From NCBI RefSeq assembly GCF_003399765.1, contig NZ_NFZV01000001.1:345704-409703 (forward strand): 64,000 nucleotides of DNA. The letters run 5' to 3'. Source of the stretch: Alkalilimnicola ehrlichii. GTDB taxonomy: Bacteria; Pseudomonadota; Gammaproteobacteria; Nitrococcales; AK92. The first letter of the stretch is position 1; the number at the start of each line of letters is the position of its first letter. The notes under the pieces were generated by a model. That model was given only the letters and a program-made list of their open reading frames with translations, searched no databases and was not told the origin of the DNA. The translations under genes and the position numbers were made by a program. Shown piece by piece: positions 38,904 to 49,388 of this stretch.

Positions 38904-41207
38904 ATGAATAGGCCCTTACCGCTGTTTGCCCTAGGCTGCTGCCTGCTATGGCTGAGTGCCTGCGGCGGCAGTAGCAGCACGTCCCGCCCCACGGCCGACG
39001 CCGGTCCCGACCGGACGGTGGAGATGGGGGATACCGTCGTGCTCGATGCCGGCGGCAGCAGCACGCCTAACGGCGACGGCTCATTAAGTTACACGTGGTC
39101 CTTGATCGCGCAACCGGAGTTCAGCAAAGCCGAGCTGGAGGGGAGCGATACGATCGCCACCCGCTTCGTCGCCGACTTACCCGGCCGCTACGTGGCCAAT
39201 TTGACCGTCGACGACGGCACTCGGCAAAGCCAGCCCAGCCGCGTCACGATAACGGCGACCAACCCCTACCCGGTGGCCGTGGTGCGGCCGATCTACAACG
39301 AACTGCTGGGGGCCCAGGTCACGCTGGACGGTACCCGCAGCGTGCCGCCCAGCGGCGCCGACTCAGCCGAGCTGAGCTTTCGCTGGACGCTGACCGAGCG
39401 GCCGGAGGAGAGCAACGCCACCTTGTTCGACGCCACCACCGCAACACCCTGGCTGGAAGCCGACGCCGTCGGCACCTACAGCGCCGAGCTGGTGGTGAGC
39501 CACGCCGGGCAGAGCAGCGAACCGGCCGTCGTCACCGTCACGGTCACCCCGCTCAACACCGTGCCGGTGGCCGACGCCGGCGGCGACCGCAGCGTGCCCT
39601 TCGGCCGTGTGCACCTGGACGGCAGCGGTAGCTACGACGCCGACGGCGACCCGCTCAGCTACCGCTGGCGCTTCGCCAAAGCCGTCCACCAGCCGGCGGT
39701 GCGCTACAAGAACATCCCCATCGGCTCGCAGACCGAGCTGGCGGACGCGGATACCGCCACCCCGTACTTCGACCCGGACCTTCCCGGCGACTACGAAGTC
39801 ACCCTGTACGTGTTCGACGGCACCTCTCGCAGCGCAGTCTCCCGCGCCACCATTACCGTGGAAGCGCCGGAGAGGGACGAGAACACGCCCCCGGTGGCGG
39901 TGCTCCAGTACGACGGCCCGGACAATGCCGAGCCCTACGAAGTGGAGCCGGGCGTCGGCTGGCAGGCTTACGTCTACCCCGCCAGCGGCTCCTACGACGT
40001 GGACGGCGATCCGCTGGCCCACCATTGGGAATGGATCAGCTACCCCAACGGCTTCGACCCGGACGGGCCGCACGTGAACCTGCGCCGCGACAACCCCGGT
40101 CACCGGAGTGCGTACTTCACCCCCACCGAGCAGGGCGAGTACGTGTTGCAGCTCACCGTCAACGACGGCAGCGTGGACAGCGAACCGGCGCAAATCGTCT
40201 TCAACGCCCGCCTCGGCGCCAACCGCCCGCCGGTCGCTGTCGCCGATGCCGACAGCATCACCGCGCTGGTGGGCAGCTCGGTGGGGTTGGACGGCACCGG
40301 TAGCTACGACCCCAACGACGATCCGCTGAGCTACCACTGGCGCCTGATCGACCGGCCCGACCACAGCCAGGCCTCGCTGTCCGACCCCGACAGCGCCCGC
40401 CCCAGCTTCGTGCCCGACGAACCGGGCGCCTACATCGCCGAGCTTACCGTCCGAGACCATCACGGATTGGTCAGCTATCCGCCGGACGAGGTCACCGTCA
40501 TGGCCAAGACCCACAACACGCCGCCGGTGGTGAACCCTGCCATGAGTCGAGGCTTAAGCACCGAGCAGCCGTTTACTCTCGGCCAACCCTTTGGAGCGCA
40601 AAGCTTTGGGGTGCGTGCCAATGCCTACGACGTGGACGGCGACCCGCTGTACTACCTGTTCGTTCTCGCCCAGCAGCCGGCGGGCAGCAACCTGCCGGAG
40701 GCCTCAGACGGCAACGGCCGCGTCTTCTGGAACCTCACGCCGGAGGTGCCGGGTACCTACGTCTTTGAGGTGGCGGTCAGCGACGGTATCGACACCACGT
40801 CCGGGGTCGTCAAGGTCGGCGTGGTGGAGCGGGAGGATTATCCCGGGCTGTTGCTGGAAAACGCACACTGCGCGGTCGGCAGCTATCGCCAGCAGACCTT
40901 CCCATTCAGTCGGTATCCTACCTTTAGTGCAGAGGATCGCTGCCACAGTCTCTACCGCCTGACCGCCGTCGACCGCGATTACACCATCGTCAACCTACAC
41001 ACGGCCTCCGATCATTTCGGCTACGTCCCCTGGTTCGATGGCCTGGAGGACGGCCAGGTCATCGCCCAGGGCGAGGAGGTCGTGTTTTCGGTTTGGACCC
41101 CCGCCGTTCCTGAACATGAGCCTGTCTCTGCAATGAGCCTGGGTTTCAGCGTGGCGGAAAAGCCGGGCTGGGATTTCCAGTACCGGGTGCGGCCTCCTCT
41201 CGATTGA
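38904..41207 (+). CDS. large lipoprotein with 5-6 tandem PKD/Ig-like repeats
   Basis: lipobox LWLSAC; repeated about 95-aa units each with ADAGxDRxV...LDG(S/T)GS.D.DGDPLSY(R/H)W signatures; the C-terminal about 150 aa are unrelated. Confidence 0.7.
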   Translation: MNRPLPLFALGCCLLWLSACGGSSSTSRPTADAGPDRTVEMGDTVVLDAGGSSTPNGDGSLSYTWSLIAQPEFSKAELEGSDTIATRFVADLPGRYVANLTVDDGTRQSQPSRVTITATNPYPVAVVRPIYNELLGAQVTLDGTRSVPPSGADSAELSFRWTLTERPEESNATLFDATTATPWLEADAVGTYSAELVVSHAGQSSEPAVVTVTVTPLNTVPVADAGGDRSVPFGRVHLDGSGSYDADGDPLSYRWRFAKAVHQPAVRYKNIPIGSQTELADADTATPYFDPDLPGDYEVTLYVFDGTSRSAVSRATITVEAPERDENTPPVAVLQYDGPDNAEPYEVEPGVGWQAYVYPASGSYDVDGDPLAHHWEWISYPNGFDPDGPHVNLRRDNPGHRSAYFTPTEQGEYVLQLTVNDGSVDSEPAQIVFNARLGANRPPVAVADADSITALVGSSVGLDGTGSYDPNDDPLSYHWRLIDRPDHSQASLSDPDSARPSFVPDEPGAYIAELTVRDHHGLVSYPPDEVTVMAKTHNTPPVVNPAMSRGLSTEQPFTLGQPFGAQSFGVRANAYDVDGDPLYYLFVLAQQPAGSNLPEASDGNGRVFWNLTPEVPGTYVFEVAVSDGIDTTSGVVKVGVVEREDYPGLLLENAHCAVGSYRQQTFPFSRYPTFSAEDRCHSLYRLTAVDRDYTIVNLHTASDHFGYVPWFDGLEDGQVIAQGEEVVFSVWTPAVPEHEPVSAMSLGFSVAEKPGWDFQYRVRPPLD

Positions 41208-41359
41208 TGCCGGAGGGAGCGAAGGCGATGAGGGAGCCGGGCTATGTCCTTTACCAGCAAACAAACAAGGAGGTGATGCCGACACGATCGATCCGGTACG
41301 CCAGTACCCAAACACGCAAACGTAATGCTTTCGTTAATGTGAAACACAGGAGATACATC

Positions 41360-42106
41360 ATGAAATACGTAAATCTGAACCTGCTGGCCGTGGCGATCAT
41401 GGCTGTAAGCGGCGCCGCCCAGGCTACGGTGGTGGGCACCCAGAGCGACGACACCTATATCGAAGTCGGTGCGGCCACCGTCTTCGGCGGCCCCCATACC
41501 CCCGGCGGCCCCGGTGTCGGGGTTTACACCATGGGCAAGGCCAATAAGGTCGACTTTGCCGGCCTGCAAGGCGTGGTGCCGCCTAACGCGGACGGTGTGA
41601 CTACAATCCACAACCCCATCGCGGACAACCATGGCGGCATGGGCGTGTTCGACTTCGCCAAGGTGGCGGGCCACGAGGTCTACTTCGGCGAGTGGAGCAC
41701 GGCAGGGGACGTTACCGACGGCACCCACACCGTCTACTACGCCGGTGAAGGGGCCACCGCCAGCATGCCCACCTCCGGGACGGCGGAGTATTCCGTCGCG
41801 GGCCTCAGCGACTATGCCAGCAACGGGTTGCTGAGCGGGACGCTCACCGCTGACTTTGGTGCCAATACCTTGTCCGGGGGCATGCAAAACGGCGATACCG
41901 GATACTCCATCGACATCGGAACGGCCACGATAAGCGGCAATACCTTTGTCGGTGGTGGTGCTAGGGCTGAGCTCTCCGGAGTAGAGCTGGCCCGAGACGG
42001 TAATGTGGAAGGCCACTTCTTCGGCGCCAACGCCGCGGCTCTGGCCGGCATCGCCACCTTTGCCGACAGCCAGTACGACGCCGCCTTCGGCGGCTCCCGA
42101 GACTAA
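41360..42106 (+). CDS. secreted TbpB-fold beta-barrel protein (hemophilin/HphA-like type XI secretion cargo candidate)
   Basis: SPI signal peptide MKYVNLNLLAVAIMAVSGAAQA with no lipobox; the C-terminal EGHFFGANAAALAGIATF...AAFGGSRD matches the TbpB C-lobe/hemophilin barrel signature; start moved to MKYV, which has an AGGAG RBS. Confidence 0.6.
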   Translation: MKYVNLNLLAVAIMAVSGAAQATVVGTQSDDTYIEVGAATVFGGPHTPGGPGVGVYTMGKANKVDFAGLQGVVPPNADGVTTIHNPIADNHGGMGVFDFAKVAGHEVYFGEWSTAGDVTDGTHTVYYAGEGATASMPTSGTAEYSVAGLSDYASNGLLSGTLTADFGANTLSGGMQNGDTGYSIDIGTATISGNTFVGGGARAELSGVELARDGNVEGHFFGANAAALAGIATFADSQYDAAFGGSRD

Positions 42107-42205
42107 TGGCGGCCGTTTAACGGTCGGTGTCTTTAGTCGTAACAGCGAGCGCCGCTCTGCGGGCGCTCGTTTCTCGTTTGTTCCGATTCCGCCAGAGTTC
42201 CAGCG

Positions 42206-43684
42206 ATGACGATTGCAATCCCTCTACGCCGGCTGCTGGTTGTGGCGCTGTGTGTGTATAGCCTGGCCGTCGCGGCCGACCCGGATACGCCCCTGCGGCT
42301 CGAACAGCGCCTGGAGCACAGTGCCGCCGATCAAGAGCGCGAACTGCTACGAGAGGCGCTCGATGCCGACGGCGAACACCCCCAGCTTTTGATCGACGGT
42401 CGTCACTATCGGGTTGAGAACACATTGGATGATCTGGGCCGGGCCTTGTATTTATCCGTGCGCGCCCAGCAGTGGTCGGCGGTGCGGCATTTTCTCGCGG
42501 CGTACCGAAGCCTGTCCGGGCACGACCCGATGCTGGTGCACTACGCGCAAGGCGGACTTGCCCGGGCGGAGGGCCGCTTAGTCGAGGCGGAGCGTGAGTA
42601 TGAGGCGCTGCTAGCCATCCAGCCCGAGTTCCTGCCTGGTCGGTTGGAATTGGCGCGGGTGCTGTTCGAGAACCACAAGGATCGCGAGGCGGCTGACCGC
42701 TTCCGCGATATTCGCGCCTCGCTGGACCCCGCCGACCGCCGCGTGGACGGCTTGCGCCGCAGCGTCGAGTTGTTCCTGGAAGCGCTGGAGCGCCGGCGCC
42801 GCTGGCAAGGCTCGCTGGCGGTGGGCGGCGTCTGGGACGACAACCTAAACCGCTCCTCCGAGGATCGCACCTGCCTGGCGGCCGATGCCGCCGGCAACTG
42901 CATCATCGAGCGCCGCATTCCCGAGGCGATTACCGCCCACGGCCTGGATTTCGAGATGGCGGCGAACCGGCGCCTGCCGCTACGGGGGCAGCATGGCCTG
43001 TACCTGCGCTCGCTGTTGTTCGGCGCCGTCTATAAGAAGCAGACACCCTACAACGAAATGACCAGCATCACGCACGCCGGCTACCACTACCGCACCGCGC
43101 GCGGGCATTACGCCGTCGCGCCCTTATTCGAAATCCATCGCTTGGGCAACCAGACTCAGCACGGCGCCTGGGGCGCCCATGCCGAATGGCAGCGCCACCT
43201 ATCGCCCAACAGTTCGCTGAGGGTGGAAGGTCATCACAAGACGCTGCGCTATCGGCCCGATCTGTATGCGCATCATGACGGCAGCCAGCGGGCGGTATAC
43301 GCCACCCTCTGGCATGCCAGGCCTTCGGGGTGGATGCTGTTGGGCGGGGTGGACCAGCTGGAGCGTTCGACCGAGTATCGGGCGGACAGCTATCGCCAGT
43401 ATGGGGCGCGGCTGGGGGTGATACGGCAATTTGACGCCGGTTTCGAAACCAGCCTGTTCACCGCTTTTCGCCAACGGCAATATCAGGCCGACAACCCTTT
43501 GCTCGAACAGCGGCGCCGAGACGAGGAACAAACATACACCCTGACCCTCCGCGCTCAACGCTTCAGCACCTTGGGCCTGACGCCGGCCTTGAGCTTACGG
43601 CATCAGCGCGTCGACAGCTCGGTCGACTGGTTATACAGCTACCAGCGCAACACCGCCAGCTTAAAGCTGGAACGCCGCTTTTAG
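42206..43684 (+). CDS. Slam-family outer-membrane protein (DUF560), type XI secretion system
   Basis: 492 aa; signal peptide, N-terminal TPR-containing periplasmic domain and C-terminal barrel ending ...SYQRNTASLKLERRF, the DUF560/Slam hallmark. Confidence 0.7.
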   Translation: MTIAIPLRRLLVVALCVYSLAVAADPDTPLRLEQRLEHSAADQERELLREALDADGEHPQLLIDGRHYRVENTLDDLGRALYLSVRAQQWSAVRHFLAAYRSLSGHDPMLVHYAQGGLARAEGRLVEAEREYEALLAIQPEFLPGRLELARVLFENHKDREAADRFRDIRASLDPADRRVDGLRRSVELFLEALERRRRWQGSLAVGGVWDDNLNRSSEDRTCLAADAAGNCIIERRIPEAITAHGLDFEMAANRRLPLRGQHGLYLRSLLFGAVYKKQTPYNEMTSITHAGYHYRTARGHYAVAPLFEIHRLGNQTQHGAWGAHAEWQRHLSPNSSLRVEGHHKTLRYRPDLYAHHDGSQRAVYATLWHARPSGWMLLGGVDQLERSTEYRADSYRQYGARLGVIRQFDAGFETSLFTAFRQRQYQADNPLLEQRRRDEEQTYTLTLRAQRFSTLGLTPALSLRHQRVDSSVDWLYSYQRNTASLKLERRF

Positions 43685-43844
43685 GAAATGCCGCATCATT
43701 TTCCTTCACCCCCCTGGCCGCGCGAGGGGGCGGCGTCTCCTGGCGCCCGCCGTACCGTCCCGTAAGCTCTCTACGGTCGCCGAGGCTGCCTCTTGCAAAT
43801 GTCGCCGATTATCTATATGTTGTTCTTCGTCTTCAATGCTTGCA

Positions 43845-44020
43845 CCATATGTTGTGGTGCTGCAAGCAGGGAATCCGGTGCGAATCCGGAACTGTCGCGC
43901 AGCGGTGTAGGGGAGCGAAGGTCGCCGGGCGTAAAGCGCCAGGCACTGTCCGATCAGGATGGGAAGCCGCGACCGTAGGTGCTCGTTACGAGCGTGCCCC
44001 TGAGTCCGAATACCTGCCGA
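43845..44020 (+). ncRNA. cobalamin (AdoCbl) riboswitch
   Basis: GGTG...AAGCAGGGAAtCCGGTGcGAATCCGGaaCTGtCGCGCAGCGGT...GCCAGGCACTG...GGGAAG...GAATACCTGCC (B12 box) matches the consensus core; located in the nrdD leader. Confidence 0.85.
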
Positions 44021-44165
44021 AGACGGCCGCCACCACCGGCGGTTAGCCCGAGCCTTCGCGTCAAAGGCGGCGGGAGCGGTGTTGCGTCTGTGCGATGACG
44101 AACACCGTCCTCCTGTGCTTGTGCGATGGCCGGTTGTGGAACCACACGCGCAGATGGGATGCAAC

Positions 44166-45923
44166 ATGTCGAACCTCTTTCTGTCCCCACACGATAACGT
44201 CTCGCCGTCGAACGCCGGCTATCGCATCGACGTTTCCAATACCATCAACGAGTACCTGCAACGGCAGGATTGGCGAGTTAACGCCAATGCCAATCAAGGC
44301 TATTCGCTGGGCGGTTTGATTCTGAATAGCGCCGGCAAGATGGTGGCCAATTATTGGCTTGAGCAGGTTTACCCGGCCGCCATCGGGCAAGCGCACCGCG
44401 ACGGCGATATACATATTCACGATCTGGATATGCTCTCGGGTTACTGCGCCGGCTGGTCGCTGCGGACGTTGCTGCATGAAGGGCTCAACGGGGTGCCGGG
44501 CAAAGTCGAAGCCGCGCCGCCCAAGCATTTGTCCTCGGCGGTGGGGCAGATCGTTAATTTCCTCGGCACGCTGCAGAACGAATGGGCCGGCGCCCAAGCC
44601 TTCAGCTCCTTCGATACCTATCTCGCGCCCTTCATTCGCAAGGATAAGCTCGCCTACGCCGAGGTCCGGCAATGCATACAGGAGCTGATCTACAACCTCA
44701 ACGTGCCGTCGCGGTGGGGGACGCAAACGCCGTTTACGAATCTTACCTTCGATTGGACGTGCCCGGAGGATTTAAAAGATCAGGTGCCTATCGTCGGCGG
44801 CGAGGAAATGCCGTTTAGCTACGGCGAGCTGCAAACCGAAATGGACATGATCAATCGCGCCTACATCGAGGTCATGACCGAGGGCGATGCCAAGGGCAGG
44901 GTGTTTACCTTTCCCATTCCGACTTACAACATCACGGCGGATTTTCCCTGGGACAGCGAGAACGCCGAGCGGCTGTTCGCGATGACGGCCAAATACGGGC
45001 TGCCGTATTTCCAGAACTTCGTGAATTCGGATCTTGAGCCGCATATGGTTCGCAGCATGTGCTGCCGCCTGCAATTGGATTTGCGCGAGCTACTCAAACG
45101 CGGCAACGGGCTATTCGGCAGCGCCGAGCAAACCGGCTCGCTGGGTGTCGTCACCGTCAATTGCGCGCGGTTGGGCTACCTATATCGAGGCGACGAGGCC
45201 GGATTATTTGCCCGGCTGGATACGCTGCTGGCGCTTGGCCGCGACAGTCTGGAGATCAAGCGGCGGACTATTCAGGCGTTAATGGACAACGGTCTCTTTC
45301 CCTATACCAAGCGCTACCTGGGCACCCTGCGCAATCATTTCTCGACGCTGGGCGTTAACGGCATTAACGAGATGATCCGCAACTTCAGCGCCGACGCCGA
45401 CGACCTTACCACCGCGCACGGCCATGCGCTTGCGGTTCGCTTGCTCGATCGCATCCGTGCGCGTATGACGGAGTTTCAAGAGGCGACGGGGCATCTTTAC
45501 AACCTGGAAGCGACGCCCGCCGAAGGGACGACCTACCGCTTCGCCAAGGAAGACCGCAAGCGTTACCCGGACATTATCCAGGCAGGCACGCCCGAGAATC
45601 CTTATTACACCAATTCGTCACAGCTGCCTGTGGGTTTCACGGACGACCCGTTCGAGGCGCTTGAGCGGCAGGAAGCGCTACAGACTCGCTATACCGGCGG
45701 CACCGTGCTGCATCTTTATATGGGCGAGCGGATATCGAGCACCGATGCCTGTCGCCGCTTGGTGCGGCGCGCGTTGGAGCGTTTTCGCCTGCCCTACATC
45801 ACGGTGACGCCAACCTTTTCCATTTGCCCTATTCACGGCTACCTGAGCGGAGAGCACGAATTCTGCCCCCGCTGCGACGAAAACTTAATCGCTAACCAAC
45901 AAAAGGAGGCGCACGATGCCTAA
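44166..45923 (+). CDS. nrdD: anaerobic ribonucleoside-triphosphate reductase (class III) large polypeptide, without ATP cone or glycyl-radical motif
   Basis: about 585 aa; ends with a Zn-ribbon-like CPIH...CPRC; followed by a glycyl-radical ORF and nrdG; the start is ambiguous (44153 or 44166). Confidence 0.65.
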   Translation: MSNLFLSPHDNVSPSNAGYRIDVSNTINEYLQRQDWRVNANANQGYSLGGLILNSAGKMVANYWLEQVYPAAIGQAHRDGDIHIHDLDMLSGYCAGWSLRTLLHEGLNGVPGKVEAAPPKHLSSAVGQIVNFLGTLQNEWAGAQAFSSFDTYLAPFIRKDKLAYAEVRQCIQELIYNLNVPSRWGTQTPFTNLTFDWTCPEDLKDQVPIVGGEEMPFSYGELQTEMDMINRAYIEVMTEGDAKGRVFTFPIPTYNITADFPWDSENAERLFAMTAKYGLPYFQNFVNSDLEPHMVRSMCCRLQLDLRELLKRGNGLFGSAEQTGSLGVVTVNCARLGYLYRGDEAGLFARLDTLLALGRDSLEIKRRTIQALMDNGLFPYTKRYLGTLRNHFSTLGVNGINEMIRNFSADADDLTTAHGHALAVRLLDRIRARMTEFQEATGHLYNLEATPAEGTTYRFAKEDRKRYPDIIQAGTPENPYYTNSSQLPVGFTDDPFEALERQEALQTRYTGGTVLHLYMGERISSTDACRRLVRRALERFRLPYITVTPTFSICPIHGYLSGEHEFCPRCDENLIANQQKEAHDA

Positions 45924-46077
45924 TACGGCCGTCGAACTGAAGACTGAAGAACGCACTCGTTGCGAGGTATGGACGCGAGTGATGGGCTATCACCGCCCGG
46001 TCGCGAGCTGGAATGTCGGCAAGCAAGGAGAGCACAAAGAGCGGCAATTCTTTCGGGAGCACCATGACTCGGCCTGA
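45916..46077 (+). CDS. small glycyl-radical domain protein (NrdD C-terminal module encoded separately)
   Basis: 53 aa; TRVMGYHRPVASWNVGKQGEHKERQ matches the NrdD R-V-x-G-Y...FN-GK glycyl-radical motif; perfect SD AAGGAGG 6 nt upstream of the ATG; overlaps the nrdD stop and the nrdG start. Confidence 0.5.
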   Translation: MPNTAVELKTEERTRCEVWTRVMGYHRPVASWNVGKQGEHKERQFFREHHDSA

Positions 46078-46675
46078 GCTTCGGGTAGGGGGCGTTAGCC
46101 CCCTTACGACGATCGATTATCCCGGCGAGCTTGCCGCCGTTGTGTTCTGCCAGGGGTGTCCGTGGCGTTGTCATTACTGCCATAACCCGGAACTGTTGCC
46201 GGCTCGCGGTGTGGCCGGTATTGCGTGGGGCCGGGTGCTGGATTTCTTGCAGCGGCGGCGCGGTTTGCTGGATGCGGTGGTGTTCTCCGGCGGCGAGCCG
46301 ACGTTGCAGCCGGCGCTGGCGCCGGCGATCCTCCAAGTTCGTGAGCTGGGGTTTCGCATCGGCTTGCACACCGCCGGTATGTATCCCAAACGTCTTAAAG
46401 CGCTGCTGCCGTTACTGGATTGGGTCGGCTTGGATATCAAAGCCTTACCCGATCGCTATGCGGAGATCACTCAGGTGCGGCGCAGCGGTGGCGCGGCTTG
46501 GCGGAGCGCGGAGATCATAGCCGCCAGCGGCGTTGCCCACGAGGTTCGGATTACCCAGTATCGACCGGCTATCGACGCCGAGCACCTGAATGCGTTGCAG
46601 CGAAAGCTGCGGGCGCTTGGCGTTGAGAACATGCGGGTTCAACCCTGTCGCGTTCCGGAGGTGCGGCTATCATGA
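46064..46675 (+). CDS. nrdG: anaerobic ribonucleotide reductase activating protein (radical SAM)
   Basis: CQGCPWRCHYCHN is a Cx3Cx2C-type cluster; about 200 aa; start ambiguous (46013 or 46064). Confidence 0.8.
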   Translation: MTRPELRVGGVSPLTTIDYPGELAAVVFCQGCPWRCHYCHNPELLPARGVAGIAWGRVLDFLQRRRGLLDAVVFSGGEPTLQPALAPAILQVRELGFRIGLHTAGMYPKRLKALLPLLDWVGLDIKALPDRYAEITQVRRSGGAAWRSAEIIAASGVAHEVRITQYRPAIDAEHLNALQRKLRALGVENMRVQPCRVPEVRLS

Positions 46676-47172
46676 AGGACGTGTATCCAAGAAACTTCTC
46701 CCATATTGGGATCTCTGTGCCCGACCTGGAGAAGGCCGTCGAGTTTTATACCGATGTGATGGGGTGGTACCTCATCATGAAACCGACCGAGATCGTCGAG
46801 GACGACAGCCCCATCGGCCAGATGTGCACCGACGTTTTCGGCCACGGTTGGGGGAGCTTCCGTATAGCTCACCTTGCAACCGGCGATCGCATCGGGGTCG
46901 AATTGTTTCAGTTTCGAAACCAAACGAACCCCGAGGACAACTTCGAATACTGGAAAACGGGCGTGTTCCACTTTTGCGTTCAAGATCCGAACGTGGAAGC
47001 CCTGGCCGAGAAAATCGTGGCCGCCGGCGGCAAAAAGCGCATGCCGCGGCCGCGTTATTATTATCCTGGGGAAAAGCCCTATCGCATGATCTACATGGAA
47101 GACCCGTTCGGGAATATCGTCGAGATATACAGCCACAGCTACGAGTTGATCTATAGCGAGGGCGCATACTGA
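46672..47172 (+). CDS. VOC-family (glyoxalase/bleomycin-resistance fold) protein
   Basis: 166 aa; HIGISVPDLEKAVEFYTDVMG. Confidence 0.6.
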   Translation: MKDVYPRNFSHIGISVPDLEKAVEFYTDVMGWYLIMKPTEIVEDDSPIGQMCTDVFGHGWGSFRIAHLATGDRIGVELFQFRNQTNPEDNFEYWKTGVFHFCVQDPNVEALAEKIVAAGGKKRMPRPRYYYPGEKPYRMIYMEDPFGNIVEIYSHSYELIYSEGAY

Positions 47173-47228
47173 CGCGCGTGCTCGCCGCCGCACCGGCTCC
47201 TCTTGAACAAAGAGCCGGTGCGCGTTGT

Positions 47229-48080
47229 TCATAGCGCTAAGTGCTGGGCGTGAAAGCGCAGATGATCGTCAATGAAACTGGCGATGAAGTAATAGCTGTG
47301 GTCGTAGCCTTCCTGCATCCGCAGCGTCAGCGGATAGCCGCTGGTTTGCGCGGCGGCGGTAAGCGCCTCCGGCTTGAGTTGTTCGGCGAGGAAGTTATCG
47401 CGATCGCCTTGGTCGACGAGCGCCGGTAAAAACTGCGCCGCCTCCGCCGCGCGCATGAGCTCGGCGCTGTCGTACTCCCGCCAAGCGTCACGATCCTCTC
47501 CCAGGTAGCGGCTTAACGCCTTCTCGCCCCAGGGGCATCGGCTTGGGTTGGCAATGGGGCTGAAGGCCGACACCGAGCGGTAGCGCTGGGGGTTCTTCAG
47601 CGCAATGGTCAATGCCCCGTGGCCGCCCATGGAGTGCCCGCTGATAGCGCGCTCGGCGGTCACCGGAAAATGCGCCTCGATAAGCGCCGGCAACTCCTCG
47701 ACGATGTAATCGTACATGCGGTAATGGCGATTCCAGGGCGCCTGGGTCGCGTTGACGTAAAACCCGGCGCCGTGGCCGAAGTCGTACGCGCCGTCGGGAT
47801 CGTCGGGCACGTCCTCGCCGCGCGGGCTGGTATCCGGCGCTACTAACGCGATACCTAGCTCGGCGGCGAGACGCTGTGCGCCGGCCTTCTGCATGAAGTT
47901 CTCGTCCGTGCAGGTAAGGCCCGAGAGCCAGTACAACACGGGGGCGGGGCGGTCGCCGGTGGCTTGCGGCGGTAAGAAGATAGCGAAGCGCATGCTGCCG
48001 TTGAGCGCTTCGGAGCGGTGCCGATACTGCTTGTGCCAGCCACCGAAGCTTTTGTTGGCGCCGACGTTTTCTAGCGTCAT
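47229..48080 (-). CDS. frmB: S-formylglutathione hydrolase (esterase D)
   Basis: about 283 aa from [15 protein letters not shown]; [10 protein letters not shown] nucleophile elbow; the longer ORF extension is rejected. Confidence 0.85.
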   Translation of the reverse strand: MTLENVGANKSFGGWHKQYRHRSEALNGSMRFAIFLPPQATGDRPAPVLYWLSGLTCTDENFMQKAGAQRLAAELGIALVAPDTSPRGEDVPDDPDGAYDFGHGAGFYVNATQAPWNRHYRMYDYIVEELPALIEAHFPVTAERAISGHSMGGHGALTIALKNPQRYRSVSAFSPIANPSRCPWGEKALSRYLGEDRDAWREYDSAELMRAAEAAQFLPALVDQGDRDNFLAEQLKPEALTAAAQTSGYPLTLRMQEGYDHSYYFIASFIDDHLRFHAQHLAL

Positions 48081-48129
48081 AAAGCGGCCTCCTGCTGACG
48101 GCGGGCCGGGCACCCGCCGCGTGTGTGCG

Positions 48130-49332
<1,203 letters not shown>

Positions 49333-49388
49333 TTACGAAACGCGTATAATCGGGTTTTCTGGCAAATGACTTTTGCGGCTGGGCAATA

